A stretch of DNA of 64,000 nucleotides from an uncultured delta proteobacterium (lineage in GTDB: Bacteria > Desulfobacterota > BSN033 > UBA1163), in contig CAWHBU010000006.1 of assembly GCA_963827685.1 (NCBI GenBank), forward strand, positions 288,001 to 352,000, read 5' to 3'. The notes beneath the pieces were generated by a model, which had not been told where the DNA came from, searched no databases, and saw only the letters and a program-made list of their open reading frames with translations. Positions within the stretch are counted from its first letter, which is position 1. Each line of letters starts with the position of its first letter. A program made the translations under genes and the position numbers. Shown piece after piece: positions 1 to 10,308 of this stretch.

Positions 1-521
1 GGAGAGGAAATCGATTTTACAATTCCAGTTTTCTTTTGGACCCCAAAGGAGCGGCCCTCGGAAGTTACCAGAAGATTCACCTCTTCACCTACCAATCTCA
101 GGAAGCAGAAATCTTAACTCCCGGCACATCCATCACAGTGATCCCCACTGAATTCGGAAACTTCGGGCTAGCCATTTGCTATGACTTAAGATTTCCAGAA
201 TTGTTCAGGAAGATGCTCGATCAAGGGGCTGAATTTTTTCTTATCCCCTCTGCCTGGCCCGCTCCTCGTCTGGAGCATTGGCTTCTCCTGAATCGAGCAA
301 GAGCTTTGGAGAATCTCTCCTGCCTCATCTCATCCAACTGTGTCGGGATCAATCGGGGAACACAGTTTATCGGTCACAGCCTGGTCATCGATCCAATGGG
401 TCAAATCATAGCCGGAAGCAATGATGAGGAATGTGTCGTCTGGGCGGAAGTCAATCGAGATATCGTTCTGAAGGCACGAGCGGAATTCCCTGCCTTAAAT
501 GATCGAGTCTTCAAGATTTAA
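1..521 (+). CDS. Carbon-nitrogen hydrolase (nitrilase family), 5'-truncated by the window edge
   Basis: Frame is open from base 3 (RGNRFYNSSFLLDP...). Motifs YQKIHLF, ICYDLRFPE and RARALEN. Confidence 0.9.
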   Translation, partial: RGNRFYNSSFLLDPKGAALGSYQKIHLFTYQSQEAEILTPGTSITVIPTEFGNFGLAICYDLRFPELFRKMLDQGAEFFLIPSAWPAPRLEHWLLLNRARALENLSCLISSNCVGINRGTQFIGHSLVIDPMGQIIAGSNDEECVVWAEVNRDIVLKARAEFPALNDRVFKI

Positions 522-587
522 CCTTAATGTTGCATTGGAAAGGCGGTTGACTATGCTTTTTGAAATTTTATTATTCAACTGTAAGGT
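521..587. mobile_element. Short MITE, ACC..GTTGCAT terminal-repeat family
   Basis: Ends ACCTTAATGTTGCAT / ATTCAACTGTAAGGT with TA on both flanks. Left end matches the element at 6267. Confidence 0.55.
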
Positions 588-695
588 TAAGTTATTGCGT
601 GAATGGGTTTTAAACCAGTTGGATTACTATCAGCTTTGCGCTATGCTCTATGCCTGCCCGCCGCAAGGCTTATGGAGGCGGGCGCTATGCGTATA

Positions 696-2981
696 TCAGC
701 CGCAGTCTGAATAACCACAGTAACACTTCACACAGCCCTCTTCGAAGATAAGAGGGCCTCCACATTCGGGACATGCCCCTCTTTGAAAGACCATGCCTAA
801 GCTTCGTTGAAAAGACCCCCCTTCTTCTTGGAGAGGATGTTTTGGAATGGACATTCTCATTTCAGGCTCGGTCTTTATTCTCCCTTCCTTTTCTTGAAGG
901 TGCCATTCGATGGCCTTGGCTACGGCATCAGAGCAAGAGAGAACCTTTCCTTCACGGTACCAGACCGGCGTATGACAGCTGATGCCTTTCAGCTGTCGAA
1001 TGATATCTTCGGGTTCAATTCCCGATCGAAAAGCCAGAGAGACCAGGCGGCCGATTGCCTCGGATTGAGAGGCGACACAACCTCCCGCCTTCCCTATCTG
1101 ATTAAAGATCTCGAAAAGCCTTCCCTCCTCATCTTCGTTCACCGTCACATAGAGGTTTCCGCAACCGGTGCGGATCTTTCGGGTAGAACCATGAATCACA
1201 TCCTGGCGAGCCCTCGGCTTCCTCTCCTCCTCGCGAAACTCCTCTTCCTCCTTCAATCGATCCCTGCTCACGGAATCCATTCCTTTATAGAGGACTTGTT
1301 TGGTTCGGCTCCTGTCCCGGTAGATGGTCACTCCCTTACAATCCAGTTCGTAAGCCAATTTATAGACCTTGGCCACATCACCGACGGTCGCCTCGTGAGG
1401 AAAATTGACGGTTTTCGAAACAGCGTTGTCTGTATATTTTTGAAAAGCTGCCTGCATCCGGATATGATCCTCAGGGGTGATATCATGGGCCGTCACAAAG
1501 AGTTTCCGGATGTTCTCTGGAACTTCTTTAACATGCTGGATATTCCCGCTGTAAGCGATCTTCCTCATCAGTTCTTCTGAATAGAACCCTTCCTGCTTTG
1601 CCAAGGCCTCAAAGTACGGATTGGCTTCTAAAAGTTCCTTGCCTTCCAAGACATGGCGGATAAAGGCCAGAGCAAAGAGGGGTTCGATCCCCGAGGAGGT
1701 CCCTGCAATAATGGAAATGGTCCCGGCAGGAGCAATGGTCGTGACCGTCGCATTTCTCATCGCATCCCAGCGGCCCTTCAAGGTGCTTCCATCGAAATTG
1801 GGAAAAGACCCTCTCTTCAGAGCCAACTCTTTGGAGGCTTCTCTCGCCCTCTTCTGAATAAAGGCCATTACCTTTCCCCCGATCTCTAAAGCCTTCGGGC
1901 TGTTGTAAGGAATTCCTAACAGAATGAGAAGATCAGCAAATCCCATCACGCCCAGACCGATCTTTCGATTCGCCTTGGTCATCGCTTCAATCTGGGGAAG
2001 CGTATAGCGATTCATATCGATCACATTATCTAAAAAATGGACCGCCTTTTCAGTCGCCGAACCCAGTCTTTCCCAATCGATGGCTCCATTCCTGACCATA
2101 TTGGAAAGATTGATGGAACCAAGGTTGCAGGATTCGTAAGGGAGGAGAGGTTGTTCCCCACAAGGATTGGTGCTCTCGATCTGTCCGACGTGAGGAGTGG
2201 GGTTGTCCTGATTGATCCGATCGATAAAGATGATGCCTGGATCCCCGTTCTTCCAGGCATAATGGACCATCTTCTCAAAAACTTCACGGGCATCGAGAGT
2301 GCCGATGATTTCTTTGGTCCTTGGATTCCGAAGAGTGTACTCCTTCCCTTCTTCCACGGCCTCCATGAATTCATTGGTAGCCGCCACCGAGATATTGAAA
2401 TTGTTGAAGTGATGGTCCCCCTCTTTGCATTGGATGAAATGAAGAATATCAGGGTGGTCCACGCGGAGGATACCCATATTCGCTCCCCTTCGCGTCCCTC
2501 CTTGCTTGATCGTCTCCGTGGCTGTATCAAAAACACTCATGAAAGAGACAGGACCGCTTGAAACTCCCTGGGTGGAACCCACGACATCATTTTTTGGCCT
2601 AATCCGAGAGAAAGAGAAACCTGTCCCGCCCCCGCTTTTTTGAATCAAGGCCATCTGTTTCACGGCATCAAAAATCTCATCCATAGAATCTCCCACAGGG
2701 AGAACAAAACAGGCGGAGAGTTGTTGAAGCTCTCTCCCTGCATTCATCAACGTTGGAGAATTGGGAAGGAAGTCCAAGGACGCCATCAAAGAATAGAATT
2801 CGTCTTCAATGGGAGGGAGATCGATCTCGGGATGATAGAACCGGTCCGCTTGAGCAATATTCTTTGCCACGCGTCGAAAAAGCTCTTCGGGGGTCTCCAC
2901 AATATTTCCCTGCGGGTCTTTTTGTAAGTAACGCTTCTTCAGTACGGTCATGGCATTTTGCGTCAGTTGGGCCAACTCCAT
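696..2981 (-). CDS. nrdJ: Adenosylcobalamin-dependent (class II) ribonucleotide reductase
   Basis: NSPTLMNAG, SACFV, TNPCGEQPL and TIAPAGT motifs; C-terminal TSCPD-like region and Cys-rich tail. Start placed at MELAQ after GGAGG. Confidence 0.95.
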   Translation of the reverse strand: MELAQLTQNAMTVLKKRYLQKDPQGNIVETPEELFRRVAKNIAQADRFYHPEIDLPPIEDEFYSLMASLDFLPNSPTLMNAGRELQQLSACFVLPVGDSMDEIFDAVKQMALIQKSGGGTGFSFSRIRPKNDVVGSTQGVSSGPVSFMSVFDTATETIKQGGTRRGANMGILRVDHPDILHFIQCKEGDHHFNNFNISVAATNEFMEAVEEGKEYTLRNPRTKEIIGTLDAREVFEKMVHYAWKNGDPGIIFIDRINQDNPTPHVGQIESTNPCGEQPLLPYESCNLGSINLSNMVRNGAIDWERLGSATEKAVHFLDNVIDMNRYTLPQIEAMTKANRKIGLGVMGFADLLILLGIPYNSPKALEIGGKVMAFIQKRAREASKELALKRGSFPNFDGSTLKGRWDAMRNATVTTIAPAGTISIIAGTSSGIEPLFALAFIRHVLEGKELLEANPYFEALAKQEGFYSEELMRKIAYSGNIQHVKEVPENIRKLFVTAHDITPEDHIRMQAAFQKYTDNAVSKTVNFPHEATVGDVAKVYKLAYELDCKGVTIYRDRSRTKQVLYKGMDSVSRDRLKEEEEFREEERKPRARQDVIHGSTRKIRTGCGNLYVTVNEDEEGRLFEIFNQIGKAGGCVASQSEAIGRLVSLAFRSGIEPEDIIRQLKGISCHTPVWYREGKVLSCSDAVAKAIEWHLQEKEGRIKTEPEMRMSIPKHPLQEEGGSFQRSLGMVFQRGACPECGGPLIFEEGCVKCYCGYSDCG

Positions 2982-2994
2982 CTTCTTTCCTCCT

Positions 2995-3041
2995 CCACTA
3001 AATATACGCAATAGTAGAATTCTTACCACAATATTTTGTGT
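2995..3041. promoter_or_regulatory. Tandem NrdR boxes
   Basis: CCACAATATTTTGTGT (3026-3041) matches acaCwAtATaTwGtgt at 14/16. A weaker copy CCACTAAATATACGCA (2995-3010) is offset by 31 bp, directly upstream of nrdJ. Confidence 0.8.
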
Positions 3042-3249
3042 TGTCAAGGGAAATTTTTTAAGAGCTCTGGAGAACTACTCCAAGCTCTCTTGATTACGCA
3101 GATTTTAAAAAATGATTGAACAGATTTTCTCTCTTCTCAATGCCTGATCTGAAAGATCTTCGGCCATCACAAAGCGCGAATGAACAACATCTTTTTTCCC
3201 TTATCCAAAGGTGAAAGGGATAAAAGTGGGAACAATAAAAATCGTGTGA

Positions 3250-4314
3250 TCAGGAAGCTCCAATTCGACGGCGATAGGCATCGGTGTGATAGACTTCAGG
3301 GTTTACGGTGTTAGGAGCTTTTTCCTTTTTCAACATAGCGAGGGCATTGGCAGCGGCCATGGTGGCCATTTTATTCCGGGTTTCTCGGGAGGCACTTCCC
3401 AGATGGGGAAGGAGGACCACATTCTCACATTCCATCAGCCCTGGAGCTAATTCCGGCTCGTTTTCATAAACATCCAACCCCGCGCCGGCAATCCTCTTCT
3501 CCCTGAGAGCCTTCACCAGAGCTTTTTCATCAACGATCGGACCCCTCGACGCGTTGATGAGGTAAGCGGCTGGTTTCATCATGGAGAATTCCCTCTCACC
3601 AATCAGATGACGGTTTTTTTCAGAAAGCGAGGGGTGAAGGGTAATAAAATCACTTTCTCTCAAAAGGTCGGGTAATGCTCGATATTCTACGCCTTCTGTT
3701 TTTTCAATGGTTTCTTTCTGGAAAGGATCATAAGCCAGAACCCGCATATCAAAGCCTTTCGAGCGTTTAAAGACGGCCTGCCCGATTCGTCCGAATCCAA
3801 TGATGCCCAAGGTCTTCGGCTTTCCACTCCCTCCAGCGCTCACATCCATCCCAAGAAGAAGTTTTGGCCTCCAGATTTTAAAACGTCCCTCTTTCACATA
3901 TTGATGTCCCTGGACAATGTTTCGCGCCACAGACATGATCAACGCCCATGTCAGATCTGCTGTGGTATCGGTTAAAACTCCTGGCGTATTGGTGACAGGA
4001 ATGCCCAATTGGGTGGCTGTCTCCACACCGATATTATTGTATCCTACAGCGTAATCGGCAATGCCAAGGAGTTTGGGGTTAGCTTCCATGACGGCGCGAT
4101 CGATCTCTTCCGTAAGAAGACAGAGAAGAACATCCGCCTTCTTGATCCCATCAATGATCTCTTTTTTCGATGGTGCTTCATCTTCGGGACCGGGCCAGAC
4201 TTCCACCTCTGCCTCTTTTCTTAGCAGAGCCAGTCCTGCTTCTGGAATCAAACGGGTAACGAAAACATGCATGCCTTTTGCCTCCAAATCCTCCTGGGTG
4301 GAGTTAACGCTCAT
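3250..4314 (-). CDS. D-isomer-specific 2-hydroxyacid dehydrogenase (glyoxylate reductase/D-glycerate dehydrogenase-like)
   Basis: GIIGFGRIG, LINASRG, GLDVYENEP and LPHLGSA motifs. Confidence 0.92.
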   Translation of the reverse strand: MSVNSTQEDLEAKGMHVFVTRLIPEAGLALLRKEAEVEVWPGPEDEAPSKKEIIDGIKKADVLLCLLTEEIDRAVMEANPKLLGIADYAVGYNNIGVETATQLGIPVTNTPGVLTDTTADLTWALIMSVARNIVQGHQYVKEGRFKIWRPKLLLGMDVSAGGSGKPKTLGIIGFGRIGQAVFKRSKGFDMRVLAYDPFQKETIEKTEGVEYRALPDLLRESDFITLHPSLSEKNRHLIGEREFSMMKPAAYLINASRGPIVDEKALVKALREKRIAGAGLDVYENEPELAPGLMECENVVLLPHLGSASRETRNKMATMAAANALAMLKKEKAPNTVNPEVYHTDAYRRRIGAS

Positions 4315-4353
4315 GAATTTTACGAATAAAGGGGCTTAATTAAATCATGTATC

Positions 4354-4505
4354 AATAACCAAATTCCAAGCACCAATAATCAAATAATTATCAAGACACC
4401 AATGACCTAAACTTTAAAAATAAGACTGATCAATGTGCGTTTGGGTTATTTGAATATTGATAATTGGAATTTATTTGAAATTTGAAATTTGGGATTTGGT
4501 ATTTG
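4354..4505. repeat. Long imperfect palindrome built of ~7-bp periodic units
   Basis: Left arm of CCAAAT/TCCAAG-type units and a complementary right arm of ATTTGG/TTGGAAT units. Homologous to 26189-26445 and 42848-44042. Confidence 0.7.
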
Positions 4506-4543
4506 GGAGTCAATTTATTATACCACCTCTCCTGGCCTCACCA

Positions 4544-6130
4544 TTAAGACTTTGGTTTGCGGTTAGAAACGAACCCCTTCACTTTCCAAAATAGACTCGA
4601 AAGATCACAGAGCCTCCTTCCCCAGAAAGGGGTTGACGATTTTCTGGCCTCTGGATGGATAAAGCAAAAATGGCGGCATCTGATCTTCTGCAATGCCTCT
4701 TCAAATTCCTTCTCGTCTTTCTCCTCCTCGAAATAATCTGGAATCCAATATCCTAAAGAAGAGAAAGCATTCTTGTCTCCAGAATGGTAATGGTAAAAAT
4801 CCATAAAATCATGAAGTGAGGTTTTCACACCATATTCCTCGGGATCAAGATGCCAGGGCGAGCCCGGTTCCATCTCGATGGTAAAAGTGCGAATCCCTTT
4901 CACATTGGAATACCGCCGTCGGATCATCTTTTGGAGTTGAATCGTCTGTTGAACATCTGCTTCCTTCTCAAAGGGCACCCCGAGAGTGAAGAAAAGGTCG
5001 CAGAAGACTCCGTTGGCTTTCATCTGGTCAAGAGTCTTCATCAGAGCATGATTGGAATAGGCATATCCTTTATGAATTTTTCTTCTTCGTTCTGACCCGA
5101 CTTCAGGAGAAAGAGCAATCAATGATTTGGGTCCGGGAAAGGTTGCTTTAAAAGACTTGATAAAATTGATGGTGGGGAGTCCAAAAGATTCGAAGAAACA
5201 TTCCATTCGGATCTTTTCCTCGCGGATGCGGGAGAAAAGATCGAGGAAATATTGAGGCCTCTGGGGATAAGGATCGAAGCAGATATGGAATGTCTCATAA
5301 CCAAAAGAGACGGCTTCTTTAATGGATTGAAGAACACGCTCCACGCTTCGATAGGTCACTTCTTTTCTGCCCGTGATGGTCTCCAGAGAGGAACGACCGC
5401 CGCCGCACCAGGTACATTGAACAGGACATCCTCTCCCTACGGTGAGATGATAGATGGGCGACTTGAGAGAATACATCCAGAAATTCTTCTCCTTGGAAAC
5501 TCCCTTGACATAGAAGGGTTGACCGATATAACGGATGTAGGTGGAATGATTCTTCAATAAAGGGAAGTTCGTGAAGGAGATGTTATTTAACTCTTTCTCC
5601 GAGGCGATGTAGGAAAGAGGATTGATAAGAATTCTCCCTTTCCTTCTCCAGGTGAGATTGGGGATGGAAAAAAGATCTCCCTTCCCTTGCGAGAGTGCGT
5701 TCGCCAATTCCAAAATGGGAACCTCTGCCTCACCGCGAATGATTCCATCGACCCCGTCGAAGTTCTTCATGATCTCTTCATGAAAGAAACTGGCGGTATA
5801 GCCCCCGAGAAGAACGTAAACGGAAGGAAAGGCAGCTTTCACCTTTTTGACTACTTCCATGACATCGTAGCTCTGATGGTGCCAGTGGAGGTCGAGGGCA
5901 ACGATCCGGGGGGCCTTTTCTCTGATATATTCGATGACAGAAAAATGGTGATCTTCAATCCACTCCACTCCCGTGTGTACCACTTCCGTGGAAACGCCAT
6001 GACGTTGGAGAAGGTCGGCCAATCCAAGAAGCCCCATGGGCAGGAAGTTAATCCAGATAAAATGATTGATCGGCCGGTAATAGTTGGTCAGCTTGGGGAC
6101 ATGGAGAAAAATAAAGTCGAGTCTTCCCAT
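4544..6130 (-). CDS. B12-binding radical SAM protein
   Basis: N-terminal B12-binding-like domain (PMGLL...LGGYTAS...RGEAE) and CPVQCTWC motif. Confidence 0.88.
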   Translation of the reverse strand: MGRLDFIFLHVPKLTNYYRPINHFIWINFLPMGLLGLADLLQRHGVSTEVVHTGVEWIEDHHFSVIEYIREKAPRIVALDLHWHHQSYDVMEVVKKVKAAFPSVYVLLGGYTASFFHEEIMKNFDGVDGIIRGEAEVPILELANALSQGKGDLFSIPNLTWRRKGRILINPLSYIASEKELNNISFTNFPLLKNHSTYIRYIGQPFYVKGVSKEKNFWMYSLKSPIYHLTVGRGCPVQCTWCGGGRSSLETITGRKEVTYRSVERVLQSIKEAVSFGYETFHICFDPYPQRPQYFLDLFSRIREEKIRMECFFESFGLPTINFIKSFKATFPGPKSLIALSPEVGSERRRKIHKGYAYSNHALMKTLDQMKANGVFCDLFFTLGVPFEKEADVQQTIQLQKMIRRRYSNVKGIRTFTIEMEPGSPWHLDPEEYGVKTSLHDFMDFYHYHSGDKNAFSSLGYWIPDYFEEEKDEKEFEEALQKIRCRHFCFIHPEARKSSTPFWGRRLCDLSSLFWKVKGFVSNRKPKS

Positions 6131-6266
6131 CCAGGGAATTGTAAGATGCTCACACGTAATATTTCAACTTCATCCCAAAAATTGGCAAAAGGTATAACGT
6201 CCGCCTGCCGCAGGCAGGAATTTGAAATCTCTAATCTCGGATTTTTGCCCCTATCCCCTTCGCTTT

Positions 6267-6580
6267 ACCCTAATGTTGCATTGAAAAGGCGGTTGGGTGT
6301 ACTTCCAAACTTTTACTAAGCGGTTCTTTACTATTGTTTATGGATAACATGCGATATCACCTAAGGTGGCTTCTGTAACGTGCTCGGAAACATCGTAGTA
6401 AAACACTATAAGGTCCCGCCCTGCCTTCGCCGGAGCGGCTTCGCGCAGGCAGGTGTAAAGATTTGGAGAATCCCCACCATTAGGTGGGGATTCTCCCGGA
6501 AAGGTAAGATTCTTTTGTATCATCTGACGGCCCAGCACGCTCAACCGCCTTTTTAAAACGTCTTTATGCAACGGTAAGGT
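6267..6580. mobile_element. MITE, ACC..GTTGCAT family, with a nested CCTGCC hairpin
   Basis: Ends ACCCTAATGTTGCATT / TATGCAACGGTAAGGT, subterminal AAAAGGCGGTTG inverted repeats, TT on both flanks. Confidence 0.7.
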
Positions 6581-8086
6581 TTATTCTCGATGCAGCTTTT
6601 TAAGGATGATTCTGGCGGCAATGAAGCCCGAAAGACTTGCGCCCACAATGCCGTGAGAGGGTCGGGTATAGTGGCCGACTTGAAAGAGGCCCGGGATAGG
6701 GGTTTGATGGGGAGGTCTTAAATTCCCGACCTGCTGTGGTGTGGAAGCCAAGCCGTACATCGCACCCATTTCATTTCCAGTATATCGCTCTAAGGTCAGC
6801 GGGGTGGCGGCTTCATAAAAGAGGAGATGGTCTCTCAGACCGGGGATTAACTTTGCTTCCAATTGGTGGAGGACTTTCTGGGAAAATTCTTCTTTAATAT
6901 GGCGATACTTTTCAAGATCCCCTCCTCCCCATTTCCCTTGATAATGATAAGGGACATTGATCAGAACACTCAAAATGTGTTGTCCAAGAGGAGCCAACGA
7001 AGGATCCAACGTCGTAGGGATGGATACCATCATGGTCGGGTTCTGGGGAATTTCACCCCTTCTCAATATCCGATCCTCTTCCTCTAAATCGGATAGAAAA
7101 CGGAGATAAGTAAAATAGGGAAGGCCCATTCTTTTGAGATCCAAATCGGTGGCGACATAGAGGATAAAGCAGGAGAGGGAATATTCGAGGCGGCTCCACT
7201 TTTTCGCAAAAAGTTTTCGAAATTCAAAGGGAAGCATTTTGACTGAAACATTCGGATTGATATTGGAGATGACCAATGGGGCTTGAAATATTTCTCCATT
7301 CTTTGTCAGCACCCCTTCGACCCTGCCATCTTTGATCAGAATTTGATGCGCCTCTGTTTGAAGATGAATCTCCCCGCCGGAACGAAGAAAAGCATTGGCC
7401 ATGCCTCCTGAAATTTTTCCCATTCCACCCTTTGGATAAGAAACACCTTCTATCAAGGCTTTATTGATCATGACGGCGAGGAAGAGAAAAGAAAGTCTCG
7501 AAGGAGGCTCAGTGACCGGAAGAGAATGGAGAGCCATCTTGATCTCCCCTCCTCTGAAAAGGTTGTCTAAAATCGTCTGGTGACTGGATCGATGAAACCG
7601 AACCAGATTTCGGAAATAGAAGGGGAAGAAGATCCTCTGGATCGTCGTTATCTCTGAGTATGATTTTATTTCTTCTCCAATTCGTTTGACCATGGAGAGA
7701 TAGGTTTTCAATCCTTTCTCCTCTTGGGGAAAAAGGTCAAAGAGCGCATCGGTATAGGAATGAGATCCACCCGGATGGAGATGAACCTCAAATCCAGGAT
7801 AGATGTTTCGGACGTGATCAATAGGAATAAATTCAATTTCCTGATGTGCACCAATCTCATTAAGGATTTGATGAAATTCTCCGCCCTCGTGACATCCTCC
7901 GACAAAGGCACCTGTCGCATCGAAGGTGACCCCATGCCTTTTGAAGGAGACGACATAACCTCCCACCTGGTCCTCTTTTTCGAGGAGAAGGATCTTTAAT
8001 CCCTTCTTCGCCAAGAGGGCTGCTGCCGTCAATCCTCCCATCCCGGCTCCAATGACGATGGCATCGTATCTCTTAGCACTTCCCAT
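6581..8086 (-). CDS. Phytoene desaturase (CrtI)-family FAD oxidoreductase
   Basis: GAGMGGL Rossmann motif, YPKGG, TPLTLERYT..GAMYG. Confidence 0.88.
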   Translation of the reverse strand: MGSAKRYDAIVIGAGMGGLTAAALLAKKGLKILLLEKEDQVGGYVVSFKRHGVTFDATGAFVGGCHEGGEFHQILNEIGAHQEIEFIPIDHVRNIYPGFEVHLHPGGSHSYTDALFDLFPQEEKGLKTYLSMVKRIGEEIKSYSEITTIQRIFFPFYFRNLVRFHRSSHQTILDNLFRGGEIKMALHSLPVTEPPSRLSFLFLAVMINKALIEGVSYPKGGMGKISGGMANAFLRSGGEIHLQTEAHQILIKDGRVEGVLTKNGEIFQAPLVISNINPNVSVKMLPFEFRKLFAKKWSRLEYSLSCFILYVATDLDLKRMGLPYFTYLRFLSDLEEEDRILRRGEIPQNPTMMVSIPTTLDPSLAPLGQHILSVLINVPYHYQGKWGGGDLEKYRHIKEEFSQKVLHQLEAKLIPGLRDHLLFYEAATPLTLERYTGNEMGAMYGLASTPQQVGNLRPPHQTPIPGLFQVGHYTRPSHGIVGASLSGFIAARIILKKLHRE

Positions 8087-8295
8087 ATTTTTCCCTCAAA
8101 AAATTAATAAGGGTTGGAATGACAAAACGCGATTCGATTATAACAGATTCATCAGAGATGTGTAACAGTTAGAACATAACTCACCAGCATTGAACTCAGC
8201 AAGTTCTTCCTGAAGTCTTCATGGGAACGTATTACATTTAGAATGCAGATTTCAACACGTAATTGATAATGCTTGCACGATGATAAGTGTGTATA

Positions 8296-8431
8296 GTGAA
8301 GCTCCCCGGCCACAGCCCGGGGCTTCCCGGGCACGCAGTGGCGAGCGGGATGCGAGCAAAGGAAATATCGTTTTAATTGTGCCCCTTAACCCCGCCTACA
8401 AGGCGGGGGTTGCGGGGCACTTGCCGGCCAA
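8296..8431. mobile_element. Non-autonomous IS200/IS605-type hairpin-ended element
   Basis: GTGAAGCTCCCCG-hairpin ... CCCCGCCTACAAGGCGGGG-hairpin ... CCGGCCAA. Near-identical ends at 26215-26324. Confidence 0.65.
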
Positions 8432-8504
8432 GTTCCTGAAATCTCTTGACAGCGATCGATCCTACGGCTACCATTGAAATTAAATATTCTATAAAGGAGG
8501 CAGA

Positions 8505-8717
8505 ATGATGAAGATAAGCGCTCGTAATGTCCTTAAAGGGAAGGTGAAAAACGTCAAACATGGCTCAGTTAATTCAGAAGTTACGATTGAACTTCCCGGA
8601 AACGTTCAGATTGTCTCTATCATCACCAAAAAATCAGCGCAGGATCTACACCTTTCAAAAGGCAAGCAAGTGTATGCAGTGATCAAGGCTACGAATGTAA
8701 TGCTTGCCATAGACTGA
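8505..8717 (+). CDS. Molybdate-binding Mop/TOBE protein
   Basis: KISARNVLKG ... SIIT ... AVIKA Mop signature; AAGGAGG RBS. Confidence 0.93.
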   Translation: MMKISARNVLKGKVKNVKHGSVNSEVTIELPGNVQIVSIITKKSAQDLHLSKGKQVYAVIKATNVMLAID

Positions 8718-9069
8718 GAGGACAATAGGAAGAGAAAATCCATACTCAAACTGCCAAAGAGCGGAGGCAGGGCCAGAAACGGCTCTGCCTTTTTTGCTTC
8801 TGTGAAACGAACATCCTGAGACATTGACTTCCCAAAAGTCTAAAAAGGATGTATATTACAACCCATATTCCACAATTGATAGGCCTGATCAAGAGGCCAG
8901 CTAATTTTTTCAATGGTTATGCTGCGACAATTTAGCATTGCTAAGAGCAACATTATACTGCAAAAAAGCGGTATGAGGAGCCGATTGGGGATTGAAGGCA
9001 GCCTTTTAAGAGGCTGAAAGTTTTGAACTTCAGAAAAAACCTCGCCGCAACATAACGTGCAAGGAATAA

Positions 9070-9810
9070 ATGAAAAATATGAATAGAGTAGCCATCGTCA
9101 CGGGCGGCACGAAAGGTATAGGAGGTGGCATCTGCAGGAGGCTCTTGTCCGGCGGCGTAAACGTTGCTACACTCTATCACCGCGATCAGGAGGCCGCGGA
9201 CCGGCTGAAGAGTTTTGCTCAAGCAGCCGGCACGAGGGCCATTGTCGAATGCATCGATGTTCGAGATTCAGACGCACTCAAAACATTCGTCGCCTCGACT
9301 CAAAATGAGTTCGGTCGTATTGACTACTTGATAAACAACGTTGGTATTGATGTTTTCAAGCCAATCATGGACTTATCCTTTCATGAATGGAAAGAATCCC
9401 AGGACATTATTCTGAATGCTCCACTTGTTCTCTGCCGGCTTGTTGTCCCCATCATGAGACATCAGGCATTTGGCCGAATCATTAATATCGGTGCCTCCTC
9501 CAAAGACTATATGAAAGGGGCGCCGGGTCTTGCAGCTTTTGGTATTCACAAGGGCGCTCTCGCCATATTGACGAAGACGTTGGCGATAGAGGAGATAGCA
9601 AACGGCATAACCGTCAACATGGTCGCCCCTGGCAGCACCCGGAATGCGGGGACATTCTCGGAAGAGGACCGTATCCCGATAGCTTCTATTCCCCTCGGCC
9701 GCAGGGTTGAGATCGACGAGGTGGTTGAGGCTGTCATGTACTTTCTCTCGGAGAAGGCGGCGAGCGTTACGGGTCAATTCCTGGCAGTCAATGGAGGACT
9801 CAGCACGTAA
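9070..9810 (+). CDS. SDR family oxidoreductase
   Basis: TGGTKGIG, INNVG, VNMVAPG and TGQFLAVNGG motifs. The YxxxK position reads FGIHK. Confidence 0.9.
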   Translation: MKNMNRVAIVTGGTKGIGGGICRRLLSGGVNVATLYHRDQEAADRLKSFAQAAGTRAIVECIDVRDSDALKTFVASTQNEFGRIDYLINNVGIDVFKPIMDLSFHEWKESQDIILNAPLVLCRLVVPIMRHQAFGRIINIGASSKDYMKGAPGLAAFGIHKGALAILTKTLAIEEIANGITVNMVAPGSTRNAGTFSEEDRIPIASIPLGRRVEIDEVVEAVMYFLSEKAASVTGQFLAVNGGLST

Positions 9811-9867
9811 CGACCCTCTCCACCGGATCGCCGATAAATCCGGCTCCCAGCGAGCAGCATGTTATAC
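9805..9867 (+). other. Putative integron attC site
   Basis: ACGTAAC overlapping the stop codon ... GTTATAC, with an internal CCGGAT/ATCCGG hairpin. Confidence 0.5.
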
Positions 9868-10308
9868 TTTCTGTCAATCGAAAATCAATAACTTCTGGTG
9901 TGGGCTAATCATCACTCTTTGTGTAATCCTCAAAATTTAAACTTAATCGAACAGGAGCTGCATGCTTGAGGTCGTTAGAAGTTTCCAAAGGCAATGGTCA
10001 AACCCTCGCCCATGTTGAGGCTTTTCTTTGCAGGAAATTTTCCGCTGTTTTCATAGGTCTCATAACTGCAATCCGTCGCCTTCGAACCATAACCTCCTGT
10101 ATAGCCGATGGCCCATAAGTTCTTACTCTCATCCTCCTGTGATGGGATTGTCCTGTAGATTGCAGAAATTAAGAAAGTTTTGCAAGCATTCTTTGAAGAC
10201 TATGAGAGGCGACACCAGATTAATACATGTAAGGTGTCTGAGATTTTACAAGATACCCAAATTCATGTCGATTTGGACGCCAACATTGTCAAAAATGAGT
10301 AGTGTAAT

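Noticed and set aside
696-2981. Intein or intron in nrdJ
   Set aside because: Motifs are contiguous (TNPCGEQ intact) and the length is ordinary.
8440-8500. ModE box upstream of the Mop gene
   Set aside because: No convincing match to the ATCG-TATATA palindrome.
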